Source: Candidatus Bathyarchaeia archaeon
Lineage (GTDB): Archaea > Thermoproteota > Bathyarchaeia > Bathyarchaeales > Bathycorpusculaceae
Direction of reading: 5' to 3'
Assembly: GCA_035292005.1 (NCBI GenBank)
Contig: DATDQZ010000085.1
Location: 1 to 44,936, forward strand
DNA: 44,936 nt
The position numbers and the translations under genes were made by a program. Below are positions 28,201-36,878 of this stretch, piece by piece (the stretch's first letter is position 1; every line of letters starts with the position of its first letter). The notes under the pieces are model-generated. The model worked only from the letters and a program-made list of their open reading frames with translations, had not been told where the DNA came from and searched no databases.

Positions 28201-29625
28201 TGGGATGAGAACTACAGTCTCGACTACTATTATGATGATAAAGTTATATATGATATTGCCGAAATCTCTCCCGGAAGCTGGCAGAAGATTGAATTGTACT
28301 TCCCAGACCCGACAACATGCCATGTGTACCTTAACGACACACTGATTTTTGTTGGGCCAAGAAGCACACGGTATGATCCTCCCGAAGTCACATACGTAGG
28401 CGAGTACGAGCACACGCTCAGCGCATGGTTTCCCGGGAGATATTCAGCTCTCTGGAACGGGCTATACTACGCAGCTCCTGATGTGACTACCGCCAACGGA
28501 ATATTATGTGAATACTGCCATGTTCCCTTGGACTTTAAATTTAATATTACATCCCCAAAAGAGAGTCTTGACAAAGATGTTCAAGTTGTTTCATGGTACA
28601 CTCTTAATGATGAAAAAATAGTTCCTTTAACGTTTACCAAAGAAGTTGGTTCTGGCAAATTAATTTATGTGGATTCCAAGTTTCCTACCAAGGTGATTCC
28701 AGAGTTAAGTAATTTTTCAAAATGCTTTCTCAAATCGATAGACCCGTATCTGCTAAACTACACTCAGGAAAATGCAGAAATAAAGTCGCTTCTTCCAAGA
28801 GAAATTTATGGTCTTAGAACAGAAATTTATGGTGTCCAAAGTCTAAATGGAAATATAAGTATAGATTCTGACACCATGTATTTCTGGGGACCCACGAATG
28901 TAACGTATTCGTTAGAACTTGGTAATGGAACGCAGCTATCCTTAAGCGCTGATCGCTTAGCGTTATACTCACCCTTCAAGTTTACACTTTCATTAAATGG
29001 ATCCGTAACCGTACAACCTCTTCATGACGAATATGTTGAAGTTTTAATTCCTGAAGGCGAAGAGATTACAATAAAGTTTCGACATCAAGAGAATAATGCA
29101 TTATCATGTATCTCTAATGGAGATAACATTTGGTGTTACGATGTAGCGCTGGCAACTATTAATTCGAATACACCTCTCACTGTAACGGTGAAATCTCCAA
29201 ACATCACAGTCAATGGCGTTATAAGATTTCAAGGAGCCTTTTTTAATATCCCTTATGATCAAATGATAGGAACAGGCTTGGGAGCATTGACGATAGAAGG
29301 CAAGATGACATATGATATTCTATTTTCTGATAAAAATGCTGATAGGAGCTTTGGTGACAACGTATTCCTTGATGGATCTTACAGGTATGATTATCCGGCA
29401 ATTCAAGAAATCGAGTTACCTATAGGCTTATTTATGACTGATGACTTTTTACTCCCTGTTATTATTATCTTCATTTGCTCAGCATTCACTGTCTCACTAT
29501 TTAGCTTTGGCTCTAAAACAAATTCTGCTCCAACACAAGGAAAGCAGAACAAATCGACGAAAAATAATGTGGTAATGGTGAAACAGCACATCAAAGAAAA
29601 ATCAAGGTTAAGAGTGGTCTTTTAA
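25267..29625 (+). CDS. Giant (1452 aa) polytopic membrane protein with a sequon-rich extracytoplasmic domain and a C-terminal TM anchor
   Basis: About 20 hydrophobic segments in the first ~660 aa. These are followed by ~730 mostly hydrophilic residues with at least 16 N-x-S/T sequons, then the TM segment FLLPVIIIFICSAFTVSLFSF (approx. 29446-29508) and a Lys-rich tail. No family recognised. Confidence 0.7.
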   Translation: MKFRNSFEKLLVCATASLPSFWFMYTYLNIPTKFFSIFTFTAILFLIILTYVFNQKISVNLKFNAPSSRLLLLLIYVFCLLIILLLPGVNESVFVSLGSLGVFNWLRALAGLLLGVFLPGYALVSLFKHQLNPVLLLTSSILLSIFINATIVFIAITFAQSALTWILIINTLIVSLSLIDALRDKTNRYSLKHTHGVNTTLDNVNVLMLLLCLFQLSILISIFLLSELTVPNGDMLRDAAMATRLEKGEFLRFGILYYPPFFSVHLFSVSQLTGLPAISISNMLGLTNIFVVLAFYALVLKLTRKRAVAFLSTFAFTLFGSFTFLVQAILGKMVADPQGLATSFLQVSGKTMQINSIYPLATIHIYAPVMLPLISVLVLTALFLQKDKGRIMYAVEAFLIANLFLLHMAETTYVLIFLLVALMLNLSRIKNLASLTLGVWLGTAVLSILPFTKFSVSLYIAVVYTVVLVFTLLCTRLKLLSKLHGLYGKTRGVMAKRYVKAFLAFTILSLYGLLLLVWKVLYIDRAESIFGVLLDLGVAPTYFMPIVFGVSMTISVLFLAKCLVSKDSLAQNEKKVIIFLVAAFIIAYLFGKAITLANISGDLIYRELRVLQTFGGILFSIVSGYALYKTFQHFKGNKINQRGILAVGLGLLILLGSGSTFLSAVFWTNRGMEAYPLHSNEIEALDFLKRTVNASDVVLTYNSESKTKVGLTGATTINRFAVPFSSVSPSIPKDFLQLVDYIYLTKQDYDAIQKSDTYMKTLIPILPVIFNNTEVMIFSVPPIKSYMDDLSIPVVISGDLKEALPKLAILDSLGVNYRIYDTWDLKILAGSSTVILTDDVENASDAQKYVDWVQDGGHLIILGENEGYYSNLMHIQTRTKIVFQEAWLSEDSFRGWDFDLRDGLTMSDISISTSYQHQGRNSLLVNATTSGTLGLAHPREWPKDFPFAIGTWFMLIENRSTITHSLILRNALNVGVGLWDENYSLDYYYDDKVIYDIAEISPGSWQKIELYFPDPTTCHVYLNDTLIFVGPRSTRYDPPEVTYVGEYEHTLSAWFPGRYSALWNGLYYAAPDVTTANGILCEYCHVPLDFKFNITSPKESLDKDVQVVSWYTLNDEKIVPLTFTKEVGSGKLIYVDSKFPTKVIPELSNFSKCFLKSIDPYLLNYTQENAEIKSLLPREIYGLRTEIYGVQSLNGNISIDSDTMYFWGPTNVTYSLELGNGTQLSLSADRLALYSPFKFTLSLNGSVTVQPLHDEYVEVLIPEGEEITIKFRHQENNALSCISNGDNIWCYDVALATINSNTPLTVTVKSPNITVNGVIRFQGAFFNIPYDQMIGTGLGALTIEGKMTYDILFSDKNADRSFGDNVFLDGSYRYDYPAIQEIELPIGLFMTDDFLLPVIIIFICSAFTVSLFSFGSKTNSAPTQGKQNKSTKNNVVMVKQHIKEKSRLRVVF

Positions 29626-29628
29626 AAT

Positions 29629-30192
29629 ATGGTACACTTGACAAGATATTGCATGTATAAGAGAATAAAGGAATGCTTTAAAGAACCTGTGACAGGGAAG
29701 ATTTTGGGTATAAGCGGCATTAAGAATTTCTATCCTTCCATCGATATGAAAAACGCTGAAATTATAGAAGTGCAGTATCCTAGCGTTGACATGCAAAATC
29801 TTCCCTTCAAAAATAACACATTCGACTTTGTGATAAGCGACCAAGTGATCGAGCACCTCGAAAATCCACAAAAAGCAGTAGACGAGTCTTACCGAGTCTT
29901 AAAAAATGGAGGTGTCGCAATACATACTACGTGTTTTATGCTTCCTATTCATTTAGCCCCGCAGGACTATTGGCGCTTTACTCCTGACGCTTTGTTATGC
30001 CTTTGTCATAATTTTTCCGAAATTCAACAATGCAACGGTTGGGGAAATAAAGTTGCATACCTCCTTTGTGTTATAAGTCACAGGTTTCAATTCATGGAAA
30101 TTCCAGAATCGAAATGGAGTATACGACGATGGCTTGCGTCATGGAATGACACGCGTTACCCAATCCTTACATGGGTAATTGCTAAAAAGTAG
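29629..30192 (+). CDS. Class I SAM-dependent methyltransferase (Methyltransf_11-like)
   Basis: FDFVISDQVIEHLENP and LKNGGVAI motifs. Starts 4 nt after the giant gene. Confidence 0.7.
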   Translation: MVHLTRYCMYKRIKECFKEPVTGKILGISGIKNFYPSIDMKNAEIIEVQYPSVDMQNLPFKNNTFDFVISDQVIEHLENPQKAVDESYRVLKNGGVAIHTTCFMLPIHLAPQDYWRFTPDALLCLCHNFSEIQQCNGWGNKVAYLLCVISHRFQFMEIPESKWSIRRWLASWNDTRYPILTWVIAKK

Positions 30193-30253
30193 ATAAAACA
30201 TACATTGGAAATAACGGTCTTGATTCACTGAAGGCGAGGAAATGAGGTAAGTG

Positions 30254-31111
30254 ATGAGGAAATATACATTAGCAATTAAGACCCTGCTACTATTTGTTAA
30301 ATACTTAGTCGTGAAGCAACCTTCTACATTATCTAATGATAGATTGGCGCCAATGTTGCGTATGCAAGTGCATAATATAGAGAAGGGATTGGTTGAAGAG
30401 GCAAGCGACTTTTTTTCAGTGATCTGGGCTAGGAAATTATATTATGAGGCTAAAAAGCGAAGTCTCCTTTCTTATGAAGAGGAGAAGTGGTGCAAAAGAA
30501 TTCTATTCGGGAGAGAAGTCGAGCTGACTGTTAAATCGAATGGGAGATATAATAATGCGTTCATGGAAATAGTTAGAAATAGAAGAAGTGTGCGTTCTTG
30601 GGAAAATGGGAAGCTAAAAGACAATGAGTTTGAACATCTGGTTAATGTGGCTAGGTGGGCTCCGTCATCTTGCAATAGGCAACCATGGTACTTCATTTTA
30701 ACAAGAGATGCAAACAAGATTAAACTGCTGTCTGAAATTAGAGGTCAAAAATCTATTGGAAACGCTCCAAGTTGCATCCTCGTTCTCATAAATATGCAAT
30801 CATACGACAAAGCAGAGGCTAGTTACACCCCTTTCCTAGATGCTGGGGCTGCCATTCAGAATTTACTATTAATGGCACAAATTCTTGGTCTAGGAGCTTG
30901 TTGGGTTAATTTTGGACCAAACGAGGTAGATGAAACTAAAAGGGAAAAAGTGAAAACTGTTTTTAGAATACCTGCACATTATGAAGTTGTAAGCATAATT
31001 CCTATTGGGCATCCCAAGATAATACCCCTGCCTCCGGGTAGAAAGGATTTATCAAATATACTACATGTTGAAATATTCAAAGAAAGTAGAGATGATTATA
31101 ATCACTCATAA
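30254..31111 (+). CDS. Nitroreductase-family flavoprotein with a ~100-aa N-terminal extension
   Basis: RRSVRSW ... APSSCNRQPW ... LDAGAAIQNLLLMA ... GLGACW, a nitroreductase core from about aa 105. The N-terminal part has no family I recognise. Confidence 0.78.
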   Translation: MRKYTLAIKTLLLFVKYLVVKQPSTLSNDRLAPMLRMQVHNIEKGLVEEASDFFSVIWARKLYYEAKKRSLLSYEEEKWCKRILFGREVELTVKSNGRYNNAFMEIVRNRRSVRSWENGKLKDNEFEHLVNVARWAPSSCNRQPWYFILTRDANKIKLLSEIRGQKSIGNAPSCILVLINMQSYDKAEASYTPFLDAGAAIQNLLLMAQILGLGACWVNFGPNEVDETKREKVKTVFRIPAHYEVVSIIPIGHPKIIPLPPGRKDLSNILHVEIFKESRDDYNHS

Positions 31112-31150
31112 CATAATAAGAAAAGACCTTATGGATTTAGGCTCATAAAC

Positions 31151-33184
31151 GTGATACTTCCAAATTTCAAAAGGAATAGGTATACAGATTTAGGCATGGA
31201 TGTTCTGAAATCGTTAACGAAGAACCAACTTGAGAATGGAACGTTATATGATAAAGTTGATCATTCTAATACGCCTGATGATCACTATGCTCACACTTTT
31301 TTTGCCCTAGCAGCTTACCTCTCTTATAGATGTCAGAACGCTTATGAAGAGAAAGCTCTTGAATATTTTAGCAACATCCCTAACAAGAAGAGGGGACATC
31401 ACGAATTCAATCTTTTGGCATGCTTGCTTATACGGGAAATATTAACGCAAGGGCGGTTAGCTAGCCCTCCTCAATCATCTTGCTTTGATCTCCTAACCGA
31501 TTACATCAAAAAAGCCCCTTTTGAAGCCGGAGAAAACACTGCCCATGGAAATAATTGGGTGGCTATTCAAGCTCTTGACCTGCTGTTACGTTATCATCAA
31601 TTTAAGGTACCTGATGATTTACAAAGGGCGAATCATTTAATTGATCATTATGTTCTCAGATGGCAACTGCCAGATGGCATATTTTATGATACCCCACGAT
31701 CCCCTAACGCAAAATATATCAAAACTCCTCTAACCTATCATGCAAAATTTTGCATGGTTCTTTCACTTTACGCACAAATCTCTAATAGATGCGATGTATA
31801 TCGAGCTGTACTGCGTGGTCTTGACGCGCTTTCAAAGCTGGTAAGCCCTAACGGCGAAGGATTTTACTTTGGCCGCACGAACAACGCCATTTTTGGATAT
31901 GTGTCAGCTTTATACGCATACGAAACAATGATTCGGTATTTGCTGTCTTCCAAAGAAAGAGATAAGATTACTGCTGATAGAGTAATAATTTACCGCCAAA
32001 CAGCAGATGCCCTATTCTCATATTTAAAAGATATGCAAGAGCCTGAGGGCTCTCTTCGTTTAACACCAGGCTCCATCGGTCTTCGCAAAGCAGGATGGGA
32101 TGCCTATATGCACCACACAGTTTACAACGCATATGCTTCAGCCATATTATTGATGACACCATACACTCAAGTTTTGAAGAAGGATTACCCAAGCGATAAG
32201 AGAACCTTCGTCTATTTTCTAGAGAATTCAGGCTTTCTAGCAGTAAAGCATGAGCGCAACTTCTTGGTTATGAATACAAGAGGGCAAGGAGTAGATCCCA
32301 GATACATAGGTATGATCCCGCTCATATGGTATGTAGAAGGAGTAGATCTCCTTCCTTCTCCCCCAACTCACAAGGGAGACTTCAAGATAGGGTTCATTCC
32401 TGTCATAATATCAGAGGATAGACGATATGTTCCTGCCACTTGGCGTAACATAAACGTTATAAAAAATGAATATGGGGTCACGGTATTCTCCGAAGGAGTG
32501 TTAACAGAATTCCCCAACCCCCTAAACAATCGGACAGAAGGTTTATTCCAACGTCTTAAGTCCTCTACAACTGTATATAACTTTTCAAGAAAAATTGGAA
32601 TAATTCAAATAGTTAAGCTTGCACGCGCGTGGAATAAATGGCTTTATCCTCACATCGTGCCCTTAAAACTTTACAGAGGGGTCGTAATCTCCAATAATGG
32701 AGAGGAAATGTTCATCGTGGACACATTAAAAGCTACAAGGAAAATAGGAAAATTGAGGATAATTCCTCCGTCGCTCTTGATTTCTACTAAGAGCATTAGC
32801 AACTTAAGTGCTCACGATAGAGAATTGCTTATCCAATTAAGAAACGTTGAGTTAAATATCAAATTTGAAATCCTATTGCCTGAGATAGATAATTTTGATC
32901 AAGCATCTCAGTTAGATACAAGCAAGGGGCCTGCTACACTCTTAACTCCTAGCGAAGTTTTTTTGTCAAATCTTGAAGATAGTTTTCATTCCGTTACATG
33001 GTTGAAAGTATACAAAAGGAGTCAAGAACCCAATTGTCAGATTGCGGTAAAGAAAAATAGGATTTTAATCTATGAAGATTCTACTTTAGTATTATCCATA
33101 AATACTGTAAATCGAACCATTGAAGTTAACACAGAAAAAGTGTTGGAAGGCATGGGCGATCTAGATTCAAACAAGAACTATTGA
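31151..33184 (+). CDS. Hypothetical 677-aa soluble protein; possibly an alpha/alpha-toroid plus beta-sandwich protein (heparinase II/III-like), unverified
   Basis: Long ORF in good coding context. The N-terminal half is helix-rich with repeated aromatic/His patterns (DDHYAHTFFALAAY, NNWVAIQALDLL, HHTVYNAYASAILL). The family assignment is only an impression. Confidence 0.5.
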   Translation: MILPNFKRNRYTDLGMDVLKSLTKNQLENGTLYDKVDHSNTPDDHYAHTFFALAAYLSYRCQNAYEEKALEYFSNIPNKKRGHHEFNLLACLLIREILTQGRLASPPQSSCFDLLTDYIKKAPFEAGENTAHGNNWVAIQALDLLLRYHQFKVPDDLQRANHLIDHYVLRWQLPDGIFYDTPRSPNAKYIKTPLTYHAKFCMVLSLYAQISNRCDVYRAVLRGLDALSKLVSPNGEGFYFGRTNNAIFGYVSALYAYETMIRYLLSSKERDKITADRVIIYRQTADALFSYLKDMQEPEGSLRLTPGSIGLRKAGWDAYMHHTVYNAYASAILLMTPYTQVLKKDYPSDKRTFVYFLENSGFLAVKHERNFLVMNTRGQGVDPRYIGMIPLIWYVEGVDLLPSPPTHKGDFKIGFIPVIISEDRRYVPATWRNINVIKNEYGVTVFSEGVLTEFPNPLNNRTEGLFQRLKSSTTVYNFSRKIGIIQIVKLARAWNKWLYPHIVPLKLYRGVVISNNGEEMFIVDTLKATRKIGKLRIIPPSLLISTKSISNLSAHDRELLIQLRNVELNIKFEILLPEIDNFDQASQLDTSKGPATLLTPSEVFLSNLEDSFHSVTWLKVYKRSQEPNCQIAVKKNRILIYEDSTLVLSINTVNRTIEVNTEKVLEGMGDLDSNKNY

Positions 33185-33308
33185 ATGTTATCACATTGAA
33201 TATAGATATTAGATAAAAGATTAGCGCGTGCAAAGACCAAAAAATTGATCTGAAGGTTAGCGTAATCATTCATAACGTGCGCTAGCCGTATTCATATGTA
33301 GTGAGATT

Positions 33309-34190
33309 ATGATTAGAAAGGTTGTGATAACTGCTGCTGGTATTGGAACTCGTTTGCTTACCGTGACGAAGGAACAACCTAAGGAAATGTTGCCACTTTT
33401 CACTAAGAATAATGGCGGTAATCTCTGCGTTAAGCCTCTGCTTCAAATGGTTTTTGAGCAACTTTACGACTATGGCTTCAGAGAATTCTGCTTTATTATT
33501 GGTAGGGGCAAGAGAGTTATAGAGGACCACTTCACCATTGATCGTGACTTTATAAGGCAACTTAACGATAAAGCAAAATATAGCTTGGCATCAACCTTGG
33601 AGCAATTTTATAGAAAGATTGAGGACTCAATGATCGTGTGGATAAACCAGCCTGAGCCTAAAGGGTTCGGACATGCAGTTTTAATGGCTAAGCCATTTAT
33701 AGGCAACGAATCCTTCCTTGTCCACGCAGGCGACACTTATATAATCTCCAAAAATAACAACCCTATAAAAAGACTAATAGAAGTCCACGAAAAGAACAGG
33801 GCTGAAGCCACCTTGCTCCTAAAGGAAATCGAAAACCCAAAGCACTATGGTGTGGCTGAGGTTCAAGAACAAAATGGTGAAGTATTCAACGTTAGAAAGG
33901 TTATAGAAAAACCTCAAAAACCTCCCACAAACCTCGCAATCATGCCAATTTACATATTTAACCCTACAATTATGACAATTTTAGAGAAAACCCAACCTAG
34001 CCTATGTGGGGAAATCCAACTTACTGACGGAATACAAAAGATTATCGATAAAGGACTCAAAGTTCAAGCGATAAAACTCAAAGACGACGAAATAAGACTA
34101 GACGTAGGAACACCAGAAACATATTGGGAAGCCATAGCCATATCACATAGGCACTCCCAAGGACAAATTAAACACACAAAAACAAAGTGA
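33309..34190 (+). CDS. galU: Sugar-1-phosphate nucleotidyltransferase, UTP-glucose-1-phosphate uridylyltransferase-like
   Basis: VVITAAGIGTRLLTVTKEQPKEMLPL (G-x-G-T-R-x...K-E-M-L-P) and GFGHAV. Confidence 0.82.
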   Translation: MIRKVVITAAGIGTRLLTVTKEQPKEMLPLFTKNNGGNLCVKPLLQMVFEQLYDYGFREFCFIIGRGKRVIEDHFTIDRDFIRQLNDKAKYSLASTLEQFYRKIEDSMIVWINQPEPKGFGHAVLMAKPFIGNESFLVHAGDTYIISKNNNPIKRLIEVHEKNRAEATLLLKEIENPKHYGVAEVQEQNGEVFNVRKVIEKPQKPPTNLAIMPIYIFNPTIMTILEKTQPSLCGEIQLTDGIQKIIDKGLKVQAIKLKDDEIRLDVGTPETYWEAIAISHRHSQGQIKHTKTK

Positions 34191-34198
34191 ACTGAAAT

Positions 34199-35533
34199 AT
34201 GACGCAGTACCGTGTGTCAATTGTTGGAACAGGATACGTGGGCCTATCCACAGCAATCGGATTCGCGATTAAAGGATATATAGTAACCACATTAACCCAT
34301 GATTCTGAAAAAGCAACGAAAATAAACATAGGCATTCCTCCCTTCCATGAACCCCAACTGCAAGAAAACCTCAAAAAGGCTGTAAACAAAAAACTGCTGA
34401 AATGTACACTAAACGCTGCAGAAGCAATTCTTAACACCGATATCACCTTCATTGCAACAGGAACCCCAAGCCAGTCAGACGGAAGCATAGACCTACAATA
34501 TATCGAAAAATCAGCAAGCGAAATCGGAGAAGCCCTAAAGAAAAAGAAAAGCTACCACCTTATAGTAGTCAAGAGCACAGTTGTACCAGGCACCACAGAA
34601 AAAACAGTCAAGCCCGTCATTGAAAAGTATTCTGGTAAACAGTGCGGCGTAGATTTCGGGCTATGCATGAACCCAGAATTCTTACGTCAGGGTGCTGCAA
34701 TTCATGATACTCTACACCCGGATCGTATAGTCATAGGCGAATACGACAAAAAATCTGGAGATACGTTGGAGGCTCTTTTCCGAGAATTCTATTCTGAAAA
34801 CACACCTCCTGTCCTAAGAACAAATCTTCCAACCGCTGAACTTATCAAATACGCCAGCAATGCTTTCCTAGCCACAAAAATAAGCTTCATCAACGCGATA
34901 GCTACTATATGTGAAAAAACTCCAGGCGCCGATGTTACCATGGTGGCTAGAGGCATGGGCTTAGACAAAAGGATAGGCTCTTTGTTTTTAAATGCGGGAC
35001 TAGGCTACGGCGGCTCATGTTTCCCCAAGGATGTAAAAGCCCTCGTAGCGCATTCAAAAAACCTCGGCTATAGCATCAAACTTCTGGAAGAAGTCGAAAG
35101 CGTAAACAAAGCCCAACCTCTAAAAGTCATTCAATTCTGTAAAGAGTTTCTCGGCAACCTCAAAGGCAAAAACATCGCCATCCTAGGCTTAGCTTTCAAA
35201 CCCGACACAGACGACATGAGAGAAGCCCGTGCCATCCCCATAATAAACCAGCTACTAATAGAAGGCGCAAACGTAACCGCCTACGACCCAGTCGCAGTGC
35301 CCATCGCAAAAACAATCTTCAAAAACAAAATCCAATACGCCACATCAGCAATCAGCTGCCTCAAAAACGCAGATTGCTGCATAATAGTAACAGAATGGGA
35401 CGAATTCAAAAAACTCAAACCAGAAGACTTTGCTGAAAGCATGCGCCAGTCAATTGTTATTGATGGAAGAAGAATATATAGTCCTAAAGATTTTAAAGAT
35501 TTCAAATTTGCAGCCATAGGACTCGGACACTAA
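34199..35533 (+). CDS. ugd: UDP-glucose/GDP-mannose dehydrogenase family enzyme (UDP-glucose 6-dehydrogenase-like)
   Basis: VSIVGTGYVGLSTA Rossmann motif, catalytic-Cys context GYGGSCFPKD and AFKPDTDDMRE. Confidence 0.9.
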   Translation: MTQYRVSIVGTGYVGLSTAIGFAIKGYIVTTLTHDSEKATKINIGIPPFHEPQLQENLKKAVNKKLLKCTLNAAEAILNTDITFIATGTPSQSDGSIDLQYIEKSASEIGEALKKKKSYHLIVVKSTVVPGTTEKTVKPVIEKYSGKQCGVDFGLCMNPEFLRQGAAIHDTLHPDRIVIGEYDKKSGDTLEALFREFYSENTPPVLRTNLPTAELIKYASNAFLATKISFINAIATICEKTPGADVTMVARGMGLDKRIGSLFLNAGLGYGGSCFPKDVKALVAHSKNLGYSIKLLEEVESVNKAQPLKVIQFCKEFLGNLKGKNIAILGLAFKPDTDDMREARAIPIINQLLIEGANVTAYDPVAVPIAKTIFKNKIQYATSAISCLKNADCCIIVTEWDEFKKLKPEDFAESMRQSIVIDGRRIYSPKDFKDFKFAAIGLGH

Positions 35534-35759
35534 AATCCCACGAATACATTTTGAATTGCCACCTGATCAGCTTGGGAACCTGAACACGGTTTCCCTTCTG
35601 CAACAACGCCATACATTAATAGTAACCAATCAGGCAAACCGCCGAATTCAACATAGCCGTAGCATCACACACTACGCCTATTCCAAGAAAATTTGAGCGA
35701 CTGGAGTAATTTCAAGAGCCAATTTGTCTTGTCCTTTTTCTTTTTTTTAAGCGGCTGAA

Positions 35760-35770
35760 TTATATAAATA
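35760..35770 (+). promoter_or_regulatory. Candidate archaeal TATA box (TTATATAAATA) for the wHTH gene
   Basis: AT-rich box about 35 nt upstream of ATG 35805, preceded by a purine-containing BRE-like stretch (GCGGCTGAA). This implies a short or absent leader. Confidence 0.3.
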
Positions 35771-35804
35771 GCAGCCACCAATTCTTTCATTTGGAGTGCA
35801 GCAA

Positions 35805-36089
35805 ATGAGTCGTCTCTCCAAGAATCAGAAGAAGATTTTGGAAATTTTGGAGATAAAGCCGGAAATGACAACAAAAGAGATTGCAGAGGTAGTTTTTGGC
35901 AAGCTTGTGGAGTACAAGACGAAGGAGTATAACTCGATTTATCGTAGTCTCGTGTCTTTGGAGAGGAAGGGATTAGTGCAGAGAGTCCATGTTCAGCTTA
36001 GGTGGCGGCGCAAAGTTCAAATGATGGAAAAGGCGAGTGAAACCCACGTTTTGGGGCACTTCGAAAAACCCGCGGAAACTGTTCCGTAA
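35805..36089 (+). CDS. Small winged-helix DNA-binding protein (putative transcription regulator)
   Basis: LSKNQKKILEILEIKPEMTTKEIAEVV ... SIYRSLVSLERKGLVQR, an HTH plus wing pattern. Confidence 0.55.
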   Translation: MSRLSKNQKKILEILEIKPEMTTKEIAEVVFGKLVEYKTKEYNSIYRSLVSLERKGLVQRVHVQLRWRRKVQMMEKASETHVLGHFEKPAETVP

Positions 36090-36197
36090 AACCAACAAAA
36101 AACAAAAAGGCAACAAAAACATTATGAACAGAGAAGCCTAACTATAAGTCAATCTTGCGGGAAGAATGCTTCGCGATCTGGGGGCGAAACGTTAAAA

Positions 36198-36560
36198 ATG
36201 GACTCCACCACAAAGCAAATAGCCAAAAATCGTATAGAAGTTCTCTTTCAACAAGCTGAAAAAACGCGTAAAGAAAATCCTCGACTCGCTAGCCGCTACA
36301 TAGAGACTGCCAGAAAAATAGCTATGGCCGCAAAAATACGCTTGCCAACTAAGTATAAACGTCGAATCTGCAAAAACTGCAACATATTGCTTGTGCCCGG
36401 CGACAATTGTCGCGTGCGAATAAAACAAAAAAGAGAGCCTCACTTGGTGATTACGTGCCTCACCTGCGGTCACCAAACGCGTATGCTCTTAAGAAAGAAA
36501 AAGGAGAAAACCAAACTTGAGCAAAATACCCACTCGAATGAAACGTCACGTAAGGCATGA
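36198..36560 (+). CDS. rnp4: RNase P protein component 4 (Rpp21/Rpr2)
   Basis: N-terminal helical region (RIEVLFQQAEK...ASRYIETARKIA) plus a zinc ribbon: CKNC ... CLTCG. Confidence 0.85.
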   Translation: MDSTTKQIAKNRIEVLFQQAEKTRKENPRLASRYIETARKIAMAAKIRLPTKYKRRICKNCNILLVPGDNCRVRIKQKREPHLVITCLTCGHQTRMLLRKKKEKTKLEQNTHSNETSRKA

Positions 36561-36807
36561 ACTGAAAGAAGAAAAGCCCACCATATGGGTTGGCAAAGAA
36601 GGCTTAACTCCTCAGGTCCAAGCTGAGGTTGAGAAGCAGCTGCAGAAAACAAAGATGGTGAAAATCAGGATTCTGCCCAGTGCCCTGAAGGAGGAAACCG
36701 CCAAAACCATCGCCACCAAAGCCGCCGAGCAAACAGGCGCATCGCTAGTCGAAGTCAGAGGACACGTGTTCATACTCTACAGACGACGCAAAAAACAACC
36801 ACCCTAG
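36538..36807 (+). CDS. YhbY/CRM-domain RNA-binding protein
   Basis: LKEEKPTIWVGKEGLTPQVQAEVEKQLQKTKMVKIRIL ... ASLVEVRGHVFILYR, the YhbY pattern. ATG 36538 is preferred; the ORF track begins at TTG 36517. Confidence 0.75.
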   Translation: MKRHVRHELKEEKPTIWVGKEGLTPQVQAEVEKQLQKTKMVKIRILPSALKEETAKTIATKAAEQTGASLVEVRGHVFILYRRRKKQPP

Positions 36808-36878
36808 CCCCTATGCACGCTACGTCCTCAACCCGCAAACTATCATAAACTTACGGAAAAAACTTGACGGTGGCGAGG

